Shown: positions 48,101 through 57,054, counted from the whole stretch's first letter. The stretch is 63,885 bases of DNA, filler included, from Candidatus Nanoarchaeia archaeon (GCA_035290625.1; 5 parts of 4 records of this genome joined end to end with filler, not necessarily neighbours in it), one strand, 5' to 3'. Numbers and translations: made by a program. The notes: generated by a model from the letters alone, not told the origin.

Positions 48101-49671
48101 CAACCATAATATTCGTCCCAACCAGTATCACCATAGTCCCTTGCAGTGTTTATCAATAATGCTTTGATTTCTAGAGTATTAGACAACACATCATCGAACC
48201 AAGCTGAGGCAGCCGAGACATGAGGTACAGCAAAACTAGTTCCACCCCCTACCTTCGCAATTGAAAACTCTCCCGACGCATTAGCACTCTTTATTGCAAC
48301 TCCTGGAGCCATAATGTCTGGTTTCTTTCTTCCATCACCTGTAGGCCCTCTTCCACTAGCACCCCCAGACGCAGAAATTGACCAGTTACCCCATACGTCA
48401 TCATCTCTATTAGTTGTATTTTTGTCATCCATTGCACCTACTGTTATTACATTATATCCATCACCTGGTTGGGTAAGATTCTTGCTACCTGTATTCCCTT
48501 TGTTCCCTGCTGCGACAACAATTGTAGCCCCACCTACATCTGCCTCAGTATCATAATCTGTAGTGATTAGTGATGTTCCATCTTTTTCTTCTTTATCTTT
48601 TCCTACACTTAAACTTATTACTTCTGCCTGATCTGGAGCATCCCATAATGACCAATTCATAGCTTGAATCATATTATTTTCATCAATCTCATCTCCATCT
48701 TCATCCAACTTAACATTAATCATACTGCTTATGTTGTACATAACTCCTCTGTAAGTGTCATTTGATGAGGCAATAATGCCTGCAATAAGGGTTCCGTGAT
48801 TTAAAACATCATTTGTTGCCTCTCCATCATAACTTTTGTTATACCATGTCCTCAATGTACTCCCATCAGACAAATATTTCAGATTGGGGTGACTTATGTT
48901 AATGCCTGAATCAATTATGGAGATTGTTGCAAGGGGTTCGGGTCCGTTTCCTCCTGAGTAATCATTCTGTAGGCTGCTGGCAACTATCGCTCCTGGGCTA
49001 ATATCCAAAGCAAATCCGCTTTCTTTGACATTAAGCCCAATACCTTCTATCCTGCTATCGTTCAAGAATCCTATGACTTCTCCCACTTTGATTCTGGCTA
49101 TTATTATATTGCTAATCAGAAAGTTATTAATGATATCCCCTTCCTTTGATTGAATCTCTTCTAATAACGGTTCTTGAATCTTGGCGTTACTGATTGAGAG
49201 ATTATGTTCAATATCATTTCTTAATTGCGTTTTTAATTGGTTTTTTGCTCTGGCTAAATCTTTAATCTTATCTCTATCCTCCTGTGATATACGCTGATAC
49301 AAGTCCAGGCTATGTTCCTCCTCCTGAAGAGGAGTAAGATTCCTTGGTTTATATTTCTTAAGAACATCTTTAATCTTAGCACTATAGTTTTTGATATCTG
49401 GCTCATATTCCTCTTTTATCTTACTGATAACCTGTCTGGGAGGATTGCCCTCCAGTCTGATTATTATTTCTAATTCTTCATTTGCGCCAATCTCGGCTCT
49501 TTGGTATTGGGTTATATTATCCTGTAGACGTGAACTTATCCTGGGGGTTCCAGTCTCTGTGATCACTGGCTTGTTTAAAGCGGAGACGGTTATCACTAGA
49601 GAAAGGAACATAATAATTGAGATATAAACCAGTATTCTTATCTTGGGGTATACATTATTTCTTTCAATCAA
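45115..49671 (-). CDS. Giant multidomain secreted S8 (subtilisin-like) serine protease
   Basis: IIDSG, NHGT, AAGN, GTSFAVPHV catalytic motifs; propeptide, Ig-like region, Cys-rich repeats, triplicated C-terminal beta repeat; GAGGTGA before TTG. Confidence 0.92.
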   Translation of the reverse strand: MIERNNVYPKIRILVYISIIMFLSLVITVSALNKPVITETGTPRISSRLQDNITQYQRAEIGANEELEIIIRLEGNPPRQVISKIKEEYEPDIKNYSAKIKDVLKKYKPRNLTPLQEEEHSLDLYQRISQEDRDKIKDLARAKNQLKTQLRNDIEHNLSISNAKIQEPLLEEIQSKEGDIINNFLISNIIIARIKVGEVIGFLNDSRIEGIGLNVKESGFALDISPGAIVASSLQNDYSGGNGPEPLATISIIDSGINISHPNLKYLSDGSTLRTWYNKSYDGEATNDVLNHGTLIAGIIASSNDTYRGVMYNISSMINVKLDEDGDEIDENNMIQAMNWSLWDAPDQAEVISLSVGKDKEEKDGTSLITTDYDTEADVGGATIVVAAGNKGNTGSKNLTQPGDGYNVITVGAMDDKNTTNRDDDVWGNWSISASGGASGRGPTGDGRKKPDIMAPGVAIKSANASGEFSIAKVGGGTSFAVPHVSAASAWFDDVLSNTLEIKALLINTARDYGDTGWDEYYGWGSVNLGSAHTYIDNTWYESSFTDDGVRLYKLTNVDNGDTSTLVWFKHQGESLHDIDLYLYDESDGNTVDSSTSGIDNVEQVATDTNYDNIVLKVNSADVWTGNEEFAVATETDTDFTINPPALSASLSNPSGKQEGQLFNISAQITPTGDLNAHGVSVTLNLPSGLTLISGANPRDLETINDGSSKTAVWTVNATEEGAKNFNVSITSSSYGETYNANASSSVAIASAYNLYINIKTLKDDYTSNEFVNITDPPEENNTNQSSEEQNTTANSTAEENHPPILILLEKSDLLPTDEGQKYGAVFDEIINEDGSRTRTMYGSTRNIEEGGGWKRVEKARSLMDKGVFELVYLENDSRYDLEIVDFNYTSITFKPIIKDENEMNKDIPVKINGAKKTSVNYNSLSNKQQLNFKFNDTILGKNLTVGEHSTTVTYDDTSEKQGNQLSQSNPSTTYQVNSPDFYDEVGVQEDSAAIRFGNGSLNWSNKAIVGITLSFYVDMQDYSQADGYVEVYYYDGPYNPSNLTWNIQPGRGLIYQTNKMSGTSTYTMSSNDIDHKEGCYGDGYCYYHFKGKEDLDDIVAGEILVNNANTYLQITYVDCDQNSDCVAGQFCNSTGYCQSDLSNGIDCGVTYTNNMSERNGACASNQCSLDGRDSTGYVCTASNECNWDAQIESNGYYQCYNYAYDTDTGDDPRRCDGGGTWTDAADCPDQTCVTGSGSTPSYLRDDVCDAGINTGGGCKYGPTVKTCDYYVTCDGTTCPTSCSSQSDCTDNAYCDGICKSTESKIINNGESNVSIYLLMKIQYYNGSGFVDEAIIQNDTSPRTVNINQTLKLDAIWNPNAWNTSNNGNGTYRVWVAATDENDNLLAYNQTEIVAMYNFTILPPDFNKFTIKNTSGSNMAWLGDSGNAVIKGILEQNSAHTRNADFAFIIRNNGEDVLIIENDGNMYIDGTLFQNQSTISSSLDDTDFRIRKDGEWQVVVNESGYVFMKGTLTQNGAP

Positions 49672-49697
49672 CCTTCACCTCTATCTATTATGACCTA

Positions 49698-50750
49698 TCA
49701 TCTGTTATACTTCCCACCAGTCTGCTTATTAACCAGATTACATGTGCGATTTATACATTGAGGTTCTGCTGAGCATGTCCAGTGGTCATTTGTAGATTCT
49801 TCTCTCGATTCACATCGGTCATAATTAAGACAAAACCCACTAGACTCATTTAGATACGTCTCTAAGTATATCCTATTGATAGCATGATCTTTGTCAATAT
49901 GGTTGCATTTACAGCATGCATACTTTATCTTCACACAATCTTCATCTGCCGTACATAGTCTTTCATCCCATCCAAATGGAGTAAAATTCAATTCTGTATT
50001 GCCTAAATAGAAATCTGTGCTCGGAATATCGCTCGCAAAATCAGAATGCCGAATTCTACTTATCCCAAAATACGTTCCGTCATCAAGCTGGAATATCTCT
50101 CCGTTTGTAAGATCCTCAAAATACTTGCCATTTATAGTTATTGAAAAAGAACTCCAAGCATTAAAAAAGACCCCACCTTTAATAACATTCCCGTATTCCA
50201 ATAAGTAACCTTTTCCATTAAATAGTACCCCTTTCCCATTTGGTTTTTTCTCAAATTCTGTTATTGTGTCTACAATAAAAGACACACTTTCATCTGTTCC
50301 ATTAACACCTACGGACTCATTCCCACTCGTTTCATTAGCAGTTACATTATTGCTTTCATTTGTCTCATTAATGCCAGTCTCGTTTGTTGAGTTAAGTTCT
50401 TGGTCAATGTTTTCATCAATCTCCCTTACCACACACAGCACCTGCCTGTCATCAGCCTTAATCCAGCTTGTAACACTCGTCCCATTCTCCTTAACAATAG
50501 CCCTATATATAGGAGTTACTTGAATCTCTTTTCCACACTGAGAGTTAATAGAACTTATAATCTGGTTAATCTCACCAGATGCCCAATACGTAATCTTAAT
50601 CTCAGCATCTGGGTTCTCATCAAGAAATTGTTGGATTTGAGGGATGTTTGTCACAAAAGATTCTATATCTGTAGCAGAGCAACCAGTAATAATAATACTA
50701 ACAATTACTGCTAGTAAATATTCAACTGCACCAGATCTCGTTAATTTCAC
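49698..50750 (-). CDS. Putative lipoprotein with Cys-rich C-terminal domain
   Basis: Lipobox-like ITGC; N-x-T-rich linker; C..DEDCV....ACCKC. Confidence 0.7.
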   Translation of the reverse strand: MKLTRSGAVEYLLAVIVSIIITGCSATDIESFVTNIPQIQQFLDENPDAEIKITYWASGEINQIISSINSQCGKEIQVTPIYRAIVKENGTSVTSWIKADDRQVLCVVREIDENIDQELNSTNETGINETNESNNVTANETSGNESVGVNGTDESVSFIVDTITEFEKKPNGKGVLFNGKGYLLEYGNVIKGGVFFNAWSSFSITINGKYFEDLTNGEIFQLDDGTYFGISRIRHSDFASDIPSTDFYLGNTELNFTPFGWDERLCTADEDCVKIKYACCKCNHIDKDHAINRIYLETYLNESSGFCLNYDRCESREESTNDHWTCSAEPQCINRTCNLVNKQTGGKYNR

Positions 50751-50801
50751 CCCCTTCCCCTCGCTAAAAACCTTCAGTCTTTATAAGCCTTTATCCTTTC
50801 G

Positions 50802-52055
50802 TTATTTTCCAAACCTTGCTTTTTTTCCAAGAGAACTCTCTATCTCCAGCAGCCGGTTGTATTTTGAGGTCCTGTCTGACCTGGCGGGAGCTCCGAACTT
50901 GACCTGATCTGCTCCAATGCCGACTGCAAGATCTGCGATAAATGAATCTTCTGTCTCTCCGCTCCTGTGGGAGGCGATTACCTTCCAGCCGGCTTTTTTT
51001 GCAAGCTGAGAAGCCTTGATTGCTTCAGTCACAGTTCCTATCTGGTTTGGCTTTAAGAGAAGGGCGTTTGCAGCTTTCTTTTTGATTGCTGTCCTGATCC
51101 TTTCAGGATTGGTCACAAGCAGGTCATCACCTACGATCTGGACTTGCTTTCCGATTGCAGCCTGCAAGGAAGACCACCCTTCCCAATCATCTTCTGCAAG
51201 GCCATCTTCTAATGAGATTACCGGGTATTTCTTTATGAGATCCTGATACATCTGAGCCAGGGATTCTGAGCTGTATGTTTTGCTGCCAATCCGGTAGCAA
51301 TCGCTCTTTTTATCATAAAACTCTGAAGCAGCAGCATCCAGGGCAATCTTTATTTTTCCAGTGTATCCGGCTTCATCTATACATCTCAAAAGGAATTGGA
51401 GCCTTTTCTCTACACTATCCATTGGAGCGATGAATCCTCCTTCTGCTGTGACTGAAGCTGCTGCAAATCCGTATTTTCTGGCTATTCTTTCCTTAACAAT
51501 ATGGTAAGCCTCTGTTCCTGCTCTTAATGCTTCGGAGAACGACTTAAACTTTAGTGGAACAATCATATATTCCTGGATGTCGTGCTCTGCACCAACGTGG
51601 GCCCCTCCGTCCAGGATATTCATTTGAGGAACCGGCAGCCTTATCCTCCTGTTTCTTGCAAGATTGCTGATGTGCTGAAAGAGCTCTCGGTTCCCTGCTC
51701 CAAGGCGGCAGGCAGCCATGCTGACAGCCAAGGTGGCATTTGCGCCTATCCTGGATTTGTTTGCCGATGGATCGAGGCTTCGTAAGGTATTGTCTATAAG
51801 CTTCTGGTTGGCAGTGTTTTTTCCTCTGAGAGCTCTTGCTATTCTTGTATTGATGATTGCTACTGCTTTCAGCACTCCTTTTCCGTTGAAGCGCCTTCCG
51901 CCATCTCTTAACTCATGAGCTTCGTGGATTCCTGTAGAAGCGCCGGATGGAACTGAGGCTTTGGCTGTTTTTGATGCCTTTATTGTTGCCTGGACTGTTG
52001 GGTTCCCCCTACTATCCAGAATCTCTATGGCTTTCACTTCTTGTATGGCCGGCAT
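50802..52055 (-). CDS. eno: Enolase
   Basis: ILDSRGNPTV, PSGASTG, DAAASEF, VGDDL, LLKPNQIG, SHRSGETED, KYNRLL. Confidence 0.97.
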   Translation of the reverse strand: MPAIQEVKAIEILDSRGNPTVQATIKASKTAKASVPSGASTGIHEAHELRDGGRRFNGKGVLKAVAIINTRIARALRGKNTANQKLIDNTLRSLDPSANKSRIGANATLAVSMAACRLGAGNRELFQHISNLARNRRIRLPVPQMNILDGGAHVGAEHDIQEYMIVPLKFKSFSEALRAGTEAYHIVKERIARKYGFAAASVTAEGGFIAPMDSVEKRLQFLLRCIDEAGYTGKIKIALDAAASEFYDKKSDCYRIGSKTYSSESLAQMYQDLIKKYPVISLEDGLAEDDWEGWSSLQAAIGKQVQIVGDDLLVTNPERIRTAIKKKAANALLLKPNQIGTVTEAIKASQLAKKAGWKVIASHRSGETEDSFIADLAVGIGADQVKFGAPARSDRTSKYNRLLEIESSLGKKARFGK

Positions 52056-52283
52056 TACAGTAATCTAAGAACCGAGGTATAAAAATCTTTTCTAAATCAG
52101 CCCCTTCTCCTTCCATCCAGGCTCTTTCACGATTCTCCTGTATCTTGCGTATTTGTCCTGGGGGCTGTACTTTGGAGGGCTTTTTGAGAGGGCTTTCTGG
52201 CCGCAAGTGCATACTCCTCTCATCGTATATTTATTGCAGTTGCTACACCATAGAATCCGCTTCATGCTTCTGCTCGCTTGAAT

Positions 52284-52383
52284 NNNNNNNNNNNNNNNNN
52301 NNNNNNNNNNNNNNNNNNNNNNNNNNNTTAATTAATTAANNNNNNNNNNNNNNNNNNNNNNNNNNNNNNNNNNNNNNNNNNNN
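52284..52383. other. Artificial contig linker
   Basis: N44-TTAATTAATTAA-N44. Confidence 0.99.
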
Positions 52384-52385
52384 AG

Positions 52386-52940
52386 GCTAAAACCCTTATC
52401 GAGTCGAAGATATCCTGCAGCGAGCTCACAGATGACCAGCTTGAGGAGATCGGAGATTACGCCATGGAGCAGATGCACCCTGGCGACGCGCATGAGCTCA
52501 TGGATCAAATGATGGGAGGTGAGGTGTCTGAGCAGCTGAGACAGGCGCATATCGCAATGGCAGGGAGATGGTATTGCGGTGATACCTCTGGCACTCGATA
52601 TGGGATGATGGGGGCATTTGATGGGGCAAGCTACGGAGGAATGATGGATGGATTTAATGGCATGATGGGAGGAACGATGAACATGATGGGAGGTGGAATG
52701 ATGATGGGAGGCTATCCTTATGGATATGCATACAGTTGGAGTGGAATGATTGGCGGATTTCTGTTGATGGTGTTGTTCTGGGGCCTTGTGATATGGTTCA
52801 TATTCTGGCTCATAAAATCAGGCTCAAAGCAGGAGTCAAGGCAGGAATCAGGGTCTGCAATGGATATCCTCAAGAAAAGGTACGCCAAAGGCGAGATCAG
52901 CAAGAAGCAGTTTGATGAAATGAAGAAGGAGTTAAAATGA
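52386..52940 (+). CDS. Met/Gly-rich SHOCT-domain membrane protein (5'-partial)
   Basis: GMMG repeats, TM, ILKKRYAKGEISKKQF; frame open to contig edge. Confidence 0.85.
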   Translation, partial: AKTLIESKISCSELTDDQLEEIGDYAMEQMHPGDAHELMDQMMGGEVSEQLRQAHIAMAGRWYCGDTSGTRYGMMGAFDGASYGGMMDGFNGMMGGTMNMMGGGMMMGGYPYGYAYSWSGMIGGFLLMVLFWGLVIWFIFWLIKSGSKQESRQESGSAMDILKKRYAKGEISKKQFDEMKKELK

Positions 52941-53194
52941 GGGAGCAGAAAAAGCGGCTGAATGAGGCTGCGCTTGGCTTCAGCATTGCCGTTGTTTCAG
53001 CAGCATGCATGCTGCTCCTCGGGATCTTGGCTCCGATGGGGATGTATATGGGAGCATCCAGGATGATGGCACAGTGGCATATGTTCTATTCCCTGAGCCT
53101 GACAGGCATGATTGCGGGGATTATTGAAGGCGCAATAATCGGCTTTGTTCTTGGCTACGCAATTGCCTACCTCTACAACAGGTTTAACAACTAA
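52937..53194 (+). CDS. Small two-TM membrane protein
   Basis: ATGA overlap; hydrophobic; ends AYLYNRF. Confidence 0.7.
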   Translation: MREQKKRLNEAALGFSIAVVSAACMLLLGILAPMGMYMGASRMMAQWHMFYSLSLTGMIAGIIEGAIIGFVLGYAIAYLYNRFNN

Positions 53195-53242
53195 ATCTGT
53201 TTATTCCTATTTTTTCTTATTTTTGCATTCTTAATTGCCTTA

Positions 53243-53405
53243 GGCGGCATTGGGAAGATATGCAGCGGCCTTTGTGAGGTCATGATAAGAAGATAAGCGC
53301 ATCGACAAGGGAGTTGCCCCCTACGGGGAATGTCGATATAAAGAGAGGAAAGCCCGAACCGAACCTGCCGCTGCCGAGCAACACGTGCGTCTTTTCAACC
53401 CCTCC
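53243..53405. repeat. Structured repeat family, copy E (most diverged, same orientation as B)
   Basis: TTGGGAAGA/TCTTTTCAA (with G-T pairs), GCAGCGGC/GCCGCTGC, GGT/ACC, ATCGACA/TGTCGAT, CCCC-TAC-GGGG. Confidence 0.85.
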
Positions 53406-53449
53406 CATCCATCGAAATTCTTATTAACATGCACATCCACGCCTTAATC

Positions 53450-54505
53450 ATGGATCCTGTGAGTTCTCTCCGATGGATTGAGAAGCAGCATTTGGGGTAT
53501 TACTGCAGGCCAAGTGTGGGGATATTTGAGCGGGTCCTGAAGACCTGCCTCCCAAAAGGAGAATCTATGCTGATTATCAGTGATTTTGGCCTGCCGCATC
53601 AGAACATTGCTGCCGAGATCTCCTATGCCTATTATCTTGCTGGCCAGAAGCTTGGCCTAAATCCAGGCATGATCCTGCAGTCCCAGAAGACCCGAGGCCA
53701 GGAAGCAGACAGGGACGTGATCAAAGCGCTTGAAGCTCTTCCAAGCAACAGCCTTGTTGTGGTCAATATCTCAGACAGGCTTGGGAGCATGGGCAGGCTT
53801 GGCAAAAGCTTCAGGAGCTACTGCAAGGCACAGCACCTTCCGTTTATCTCCATGCCAAGCCTTGGCTACCTCGATACACAGCAAGTTCCGCATTTGCTTG
53901 CTGCAATTGACATTGACTATAAGGCCCTCAGCCAGAAGCATGATTCAGTTAAGGCTGATATGGACTCTGCAAACACAATCCGGATTACAACAGATGCAGG
54001 AACTGATGCTGTCTTTGATGTGGAGGGAGTCATAAGCCGCAAGGCTGATGGCTTGTATGGAGGAAGCAGGCTGGGCGGCAACCTTCCTGCAGGCGAGGTC
54101 TACCTTGCTCCCAGAAATGCAGAGGGCAGGATTGTGGTGGATGCGAGCTCAAGAAACAGGCACAGCACAAGGCTAACTGGAGATGAGCCCATAGTGCTTG
54201 AAATCAGGAACGGCTCTGTTGTTCGGGTTTCAGGAGGGAAAAACGCCGAGATCCTGGAGCGCTCGCTCCTCTGGGCTGAGAAGCAGGCAGTCTACCCTGA
54301 CCGCGTGAGAAGGGTTGCTGAGCTTGGAATCGGCCTGAATCCAAGGGCAAAGGTGATAGGTTCAACGATTCTCGATGAAAAAGCCGCCGGAACAGCGCAC
54401 ATTGCCATAGGCTCAAACCACTGGTTTGGAGGGGATAATTCAACAATCATCCACCTGGACCAGGTCTTCTTCAAGCCGGAGATTGAGTTCTTAGAAAGAA
54501 TGTAG
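53450..54505 (+). CDS. M29-like (thermophilic metalloprotease) aminopeptidase
   Basis: GNLPAGEVY.AP, AELGIGLNP, DEK..GTAHIAIG.N..FGG, HLD. Confidence 0.85.
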   Translation: MDPVSSLRWIEKQHLGYYCRPSVGIFERVLKTCLPKGESMLIISDFGLPHQNIAAEISYAYYLAGQKLGLNPGMILQSQKTRGQEADRDVIKALEALPSNSLVVVNISDRLGSMGRLGKSFRSYCKAQHLPFISMPSLGYLDTQQVPHLLAAIDIDYKALSQKHDSVKADMDSANTIRITTDAGTDAVFDVEGVISRKADGLYGGSRLGGNLPAGEVYLAPRNAEGRIVVDASSRNRHSTRLTGDEPIVLEIRNGSVVRVSGGKNAEILERSLLWAEKQAVYPDRVRRVAELGIGLNPRAKVIGSTILDEKAAGTAHIAIGSNHWFGGDNSTIIHLDQVFFKPEIEFLERM

Positions 54506-54561
54506 AGACCGGCCAATAACCGAAAGGCTTATATATTTAACATTATTTAATATCGTTTAAC

Positions 54562-55065
54562 ATGCGGATTATAGCCGATGCGTGCTCTATTATACTCCTT
54601 GCAAAGGCGAGTGTGCTGGAAGCCCTTCTGGATTGGAGGGATATATCGGTCCCAAGAGAGGTATATGGTGAGGTTATTGAAGGCAAAGAAAAAAAGCATT
54701 ATGATGCCTTATTAACAGAAAGGCTTGTAAAGGATAAAAAGATGCATATCACGGACATTAAAAACAAGAGATCCTTGAAGAGGTTTGAAGAGAGTTATGG
54801 ACTAGGAAAAGGCGAGGCAGAGGTACTGGCAGGTTACCTCGAAGGAAAATTCCAGGGGTTATTAACGGACAATAAGCAAGGAAGGAAAACGGCAAAAATC
54901 TACAACATACATCCTTTGGGAAGCCCGGATGTTATTATGGGCCTCTTTAAAGCAAAAAGATTAAATAAAGAAAAGGCAATGAATGCGTTGCATACCTTAA
55001 GAAAATACGGCTGGTTTGAGAATTCCCTCATTGAGTACGCGTTGGTTGAGGTTAACAATGGCTGA
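54562..55065 (+). CDS. PIN-domain (VapC/DUF3368-like) toxin
   Basis: IIADACSII.LAK, VY.EV, LGKGEAE, LTDNK..R. Confidence 0.8.
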   Translation: MRIIADACSIILLAKASVLEALLDWRDISVPREVYGEVIEGKEKKHYDALLTERLVKDKKMHITDIKNKRSLKRFEESYGLGKGEAEVLAGYLEGKFQGLLTDNKQGRKTAKIYNIHPLGSPDVIMGLFKAKRLNKEKAMNALHTLRKYGWFENSLIEYALVEVNNG

Positions 55066-55369
55066 GACTAAATTTTTTGGAGCGAGAATTGATCCTAAGG
55101 AGTTTGAGATAATTGAGAAGGTCTCAAAAGAAAAGAAGGTTGATAGGACGTCAGCTATAAGAATTTTGATAGACAGGGGATGGAAAGGGCTTCAGTTGGA
55201 GAACGCCATGGAAGACTACAGAGATGGCAAGATTTCACTCGACAAAGCAGCAAGAAAAGCGGGCCTTACTGTGCATGAAATGATGAATGAGGCTGCTGCC
55301 AGAGGGATTACCACTGAGGAAGGGATAGAGGATTTAAGAAATGGGATTAAGATCCTTTTGGGGTCTTAG
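55058..55369 (+). CDS. UPF0175-family antitoxin
   Basis: RHH-like N-terminus; Y..GKISL.KAA..AG. Confidence 0.8.
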   Translation: MAETKFFGARIDPKEFEIIEKVSKEKKVDRTSAIRILIDRGWKGLQLENAMEDYRDGKISLDKAARKAGLTVHEMMNEAAARGITTEEGIEDLRNGIKILLGS

Positions 55370-55379
55370 GGTTGTCATT

Positions 55380-55724
55380 ATGAGCTTCAAGCAAGTAATC
55401 GTAGTCCGGCAGGATCTGAATCTTCCCAAAGGCAAGCTCGCCAGCCAGGTCGCTCATGCATCTGTAGAGGGGGTATTGCATTCAAAGAGAGACGTGCTCC
55501 AGGTATGGAGGGAGCACGGGATGAAGAAGGTTGTTCTGAAGGTGAAGGGTGAGAAAGAGCTTCTTGAGCTCAGGAAAAAGGCCCTGGCAATGAAACTCGT
55601 GGCCAATCTGATCCATGACGCCGGCAGGACCGTTGTAGCTCCCAACATGCTCACCTGTTTAGGCATCGGGCCTGATGAGGAAAAGAAGATTGACAAGCTC
55701 ACAGGAAAGCTGAAGATGGTGTAG
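55380..55724 (+). CDS. pth2: Peptidyl-tRNA hydrolase 2
   Basis: KQVIVVRQDL..PKGKLASQVAHA, KKVVLKV, DAGRT, GIGP. Confidence 0.95.
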   Translation: MSFKQVIVVRQDLNLPKGKLASQVAHASVEGVLHSKRDVLQVWREHGMKKVVLKVKGEKELLELRKKALAMKLVANLIHDAGRTVVAPNMLTCLGIGPDEEKKIDKLTGKLKMV

Positions 55725-55750
55725 ACACTCAGTTTACCAGAGTTTAATAC

Positions 55751-56095
55751 CTACTTAGTCTGAGGAGATAAAGCTTCAATAGTAACATTGTCTGATTTGT
55801 AGGTATAGAGATTACGCAAGTCCCCAAATCGAGCTTGATCTTTGGGAATTTGGTCTCCTGGTTTGTGGTTGCCAACAGCACTGACCAAAAAGTCTATGGA
55901 AGGCATAAGCACTACAGATTCAATTAAACCATATCCTTCATTAGCCATATATTCCCTTTGACGGCAAATTCCAATTACACTTAATTCAGCTGGACTCGTA
56001 GTTTTCCTTCCCGTAATTATTGCATTCTCGTGAATGATGTAAGAAGCCGCATCGCCAGTAACCTGAGGCAAATGCGCCAACTGACCTTGGTACAT
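55751..56095 (-). CDS. Hypothetical protein
   Basis: 114-aa ORF with TTTTTATA box upstream; no motif recognised. Confidence 0.5.
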   Translation of the reverse strand: MYQGQLAHLPQVTGDAASYIIHENAIITGRKTTSPAELSVIGICRQREYMANEGYGLIESVVLMPSIDFLVSAVGNHKPGDQIPKDQARFGDLRNLYTYKSDNVTIEALSPQTK

Positions 56096-56230
56096 AAAGT
56101 ATTGAGAGTCTGTTCAAGTATAAAAAGTTTTCTATGGGGACCAAGTCAAAGTTGCTGAAATTAAGGGTTGAAGCTGACGTAACCTGCGTGTAGATAGTTT
56201 TTTAAATCATAGATTTTTCTTTTGGTTTAG

Positions 56231-56316
56231 GGGCTCGTAGCTCAGTCTGGTAGAGCACTCGACTCTTAACTTTGAGAGGTATCGAGTGGTCGCGGGTTCG
56301 AATCCCGTCGGGCCCA
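56231..56316 (+). tRNA. tRNA-Lys(CUU) with 12-nt canonical intron 56269-56280
   Basis: GGGCTCG/CGGGCCC, CTCGA/TCGAG, TTCGAAT; BHB CTCT/AGAG; TTTTAAA upstream. Confidence 0.94.
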
Positions 56317-56390
56317 TGTTTCCTCAGAAAGATAAGAGAGCTTACTTCTCCCTCATCGCAGGAAAGAACAGCACATCACGGATAGAAGCC

Positions 56391-56490
56391 NNNNNNNNNN
56401 NNNNNNNNNNNNNNNNNNNNNNNNNNNNNNNNNNTTAATTAATTAANNNNNNNNNNNNNNNNNNNNNNNNNNNNNNNNNNNNNNNNNNNN
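56391..56490. other. Artificial contig linker
   Basis: N44-TTAATTAATTAA-N44. Confidence 0.99.
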
Positions 56491-57054
56491 ATAGGAGTGC
56501 TCAACCAGCGCTGGCTCCTTGTTTTCTCCACCTCGCTTATCCTGATTCTCACGTATCTCCCTTATTTTATTGAAAAGAGGTACAAGCTCTACCTGCCGAT
56601 TGAGTTTGAGTCTGTAATCATTCTGTTCATCTATGCGTCTCTTTTTCTCGGCGAGATCCGGAGCTATTACACAAAGTTCTGGTGGTGGGATATTGTGCTG
56701 CATGCAAGCTCGAGCATCGCAATCGGATTTGCCGGATTTTTGATCCTCTATGTGTTGTATTATAAGTACAGGATCGATTCAAAGCCGATATGGCTAGTCA
56801 TATTCGCCTTCTGCTTCGGCCTTGCGATTGGCAGCCTGTGGGAGATATTTGAATTCTCCATGGATCATCTGGCTGGAACAAGTATGCAGAAATCCGGCCT
56901 CAGGGATACCATGGCTGATCTCATTGTGGATGCGATTGGCTCCGGATTGACATCATCCATAGGATATTTCTATCTCCAGGGCAGGAAAGCTCCTGTCTTC
57001 AGCAGATTGCTCAAGAATTTTAAAGCAGAGAATCCGGAGTATTTCAAGACATAA
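56491..57054 (+). CDS. Membrane protein (DUF2238-like), 5'-partial
   Basis: WWDIVLH, WEIFEF, DTM.DL..D. Confidence 0.75.
   Translation: MGVLNQRWLLVFSTSLILILTYLPYFIEKRYKLYLPIEFESVIILFIYASLFLGEIRSYYTKFWWWDIVLHASSSIAIGFAGFLILYVLYYKYRIDSKPIWLVIFAFCFGLAIGSLWEIFEFSMDHLAGTSMQKSGLRDTMADLIVDAIGSGLTSSIGYFYLQGRKAPVFSRLLKNFKAENPEYFKT

Noticed and set aside
52590..52720. GGAATGATG-like repeats
   Set aside because: Coding for the Met/Gly-rich tract of the SHOCT protein.
1..53405. Repeat family as a CRISPR array
   Set aside because: Copies are dispersed, inverted and about 161 bp, not tandem repeat-spacer units; no cas genes in the window.
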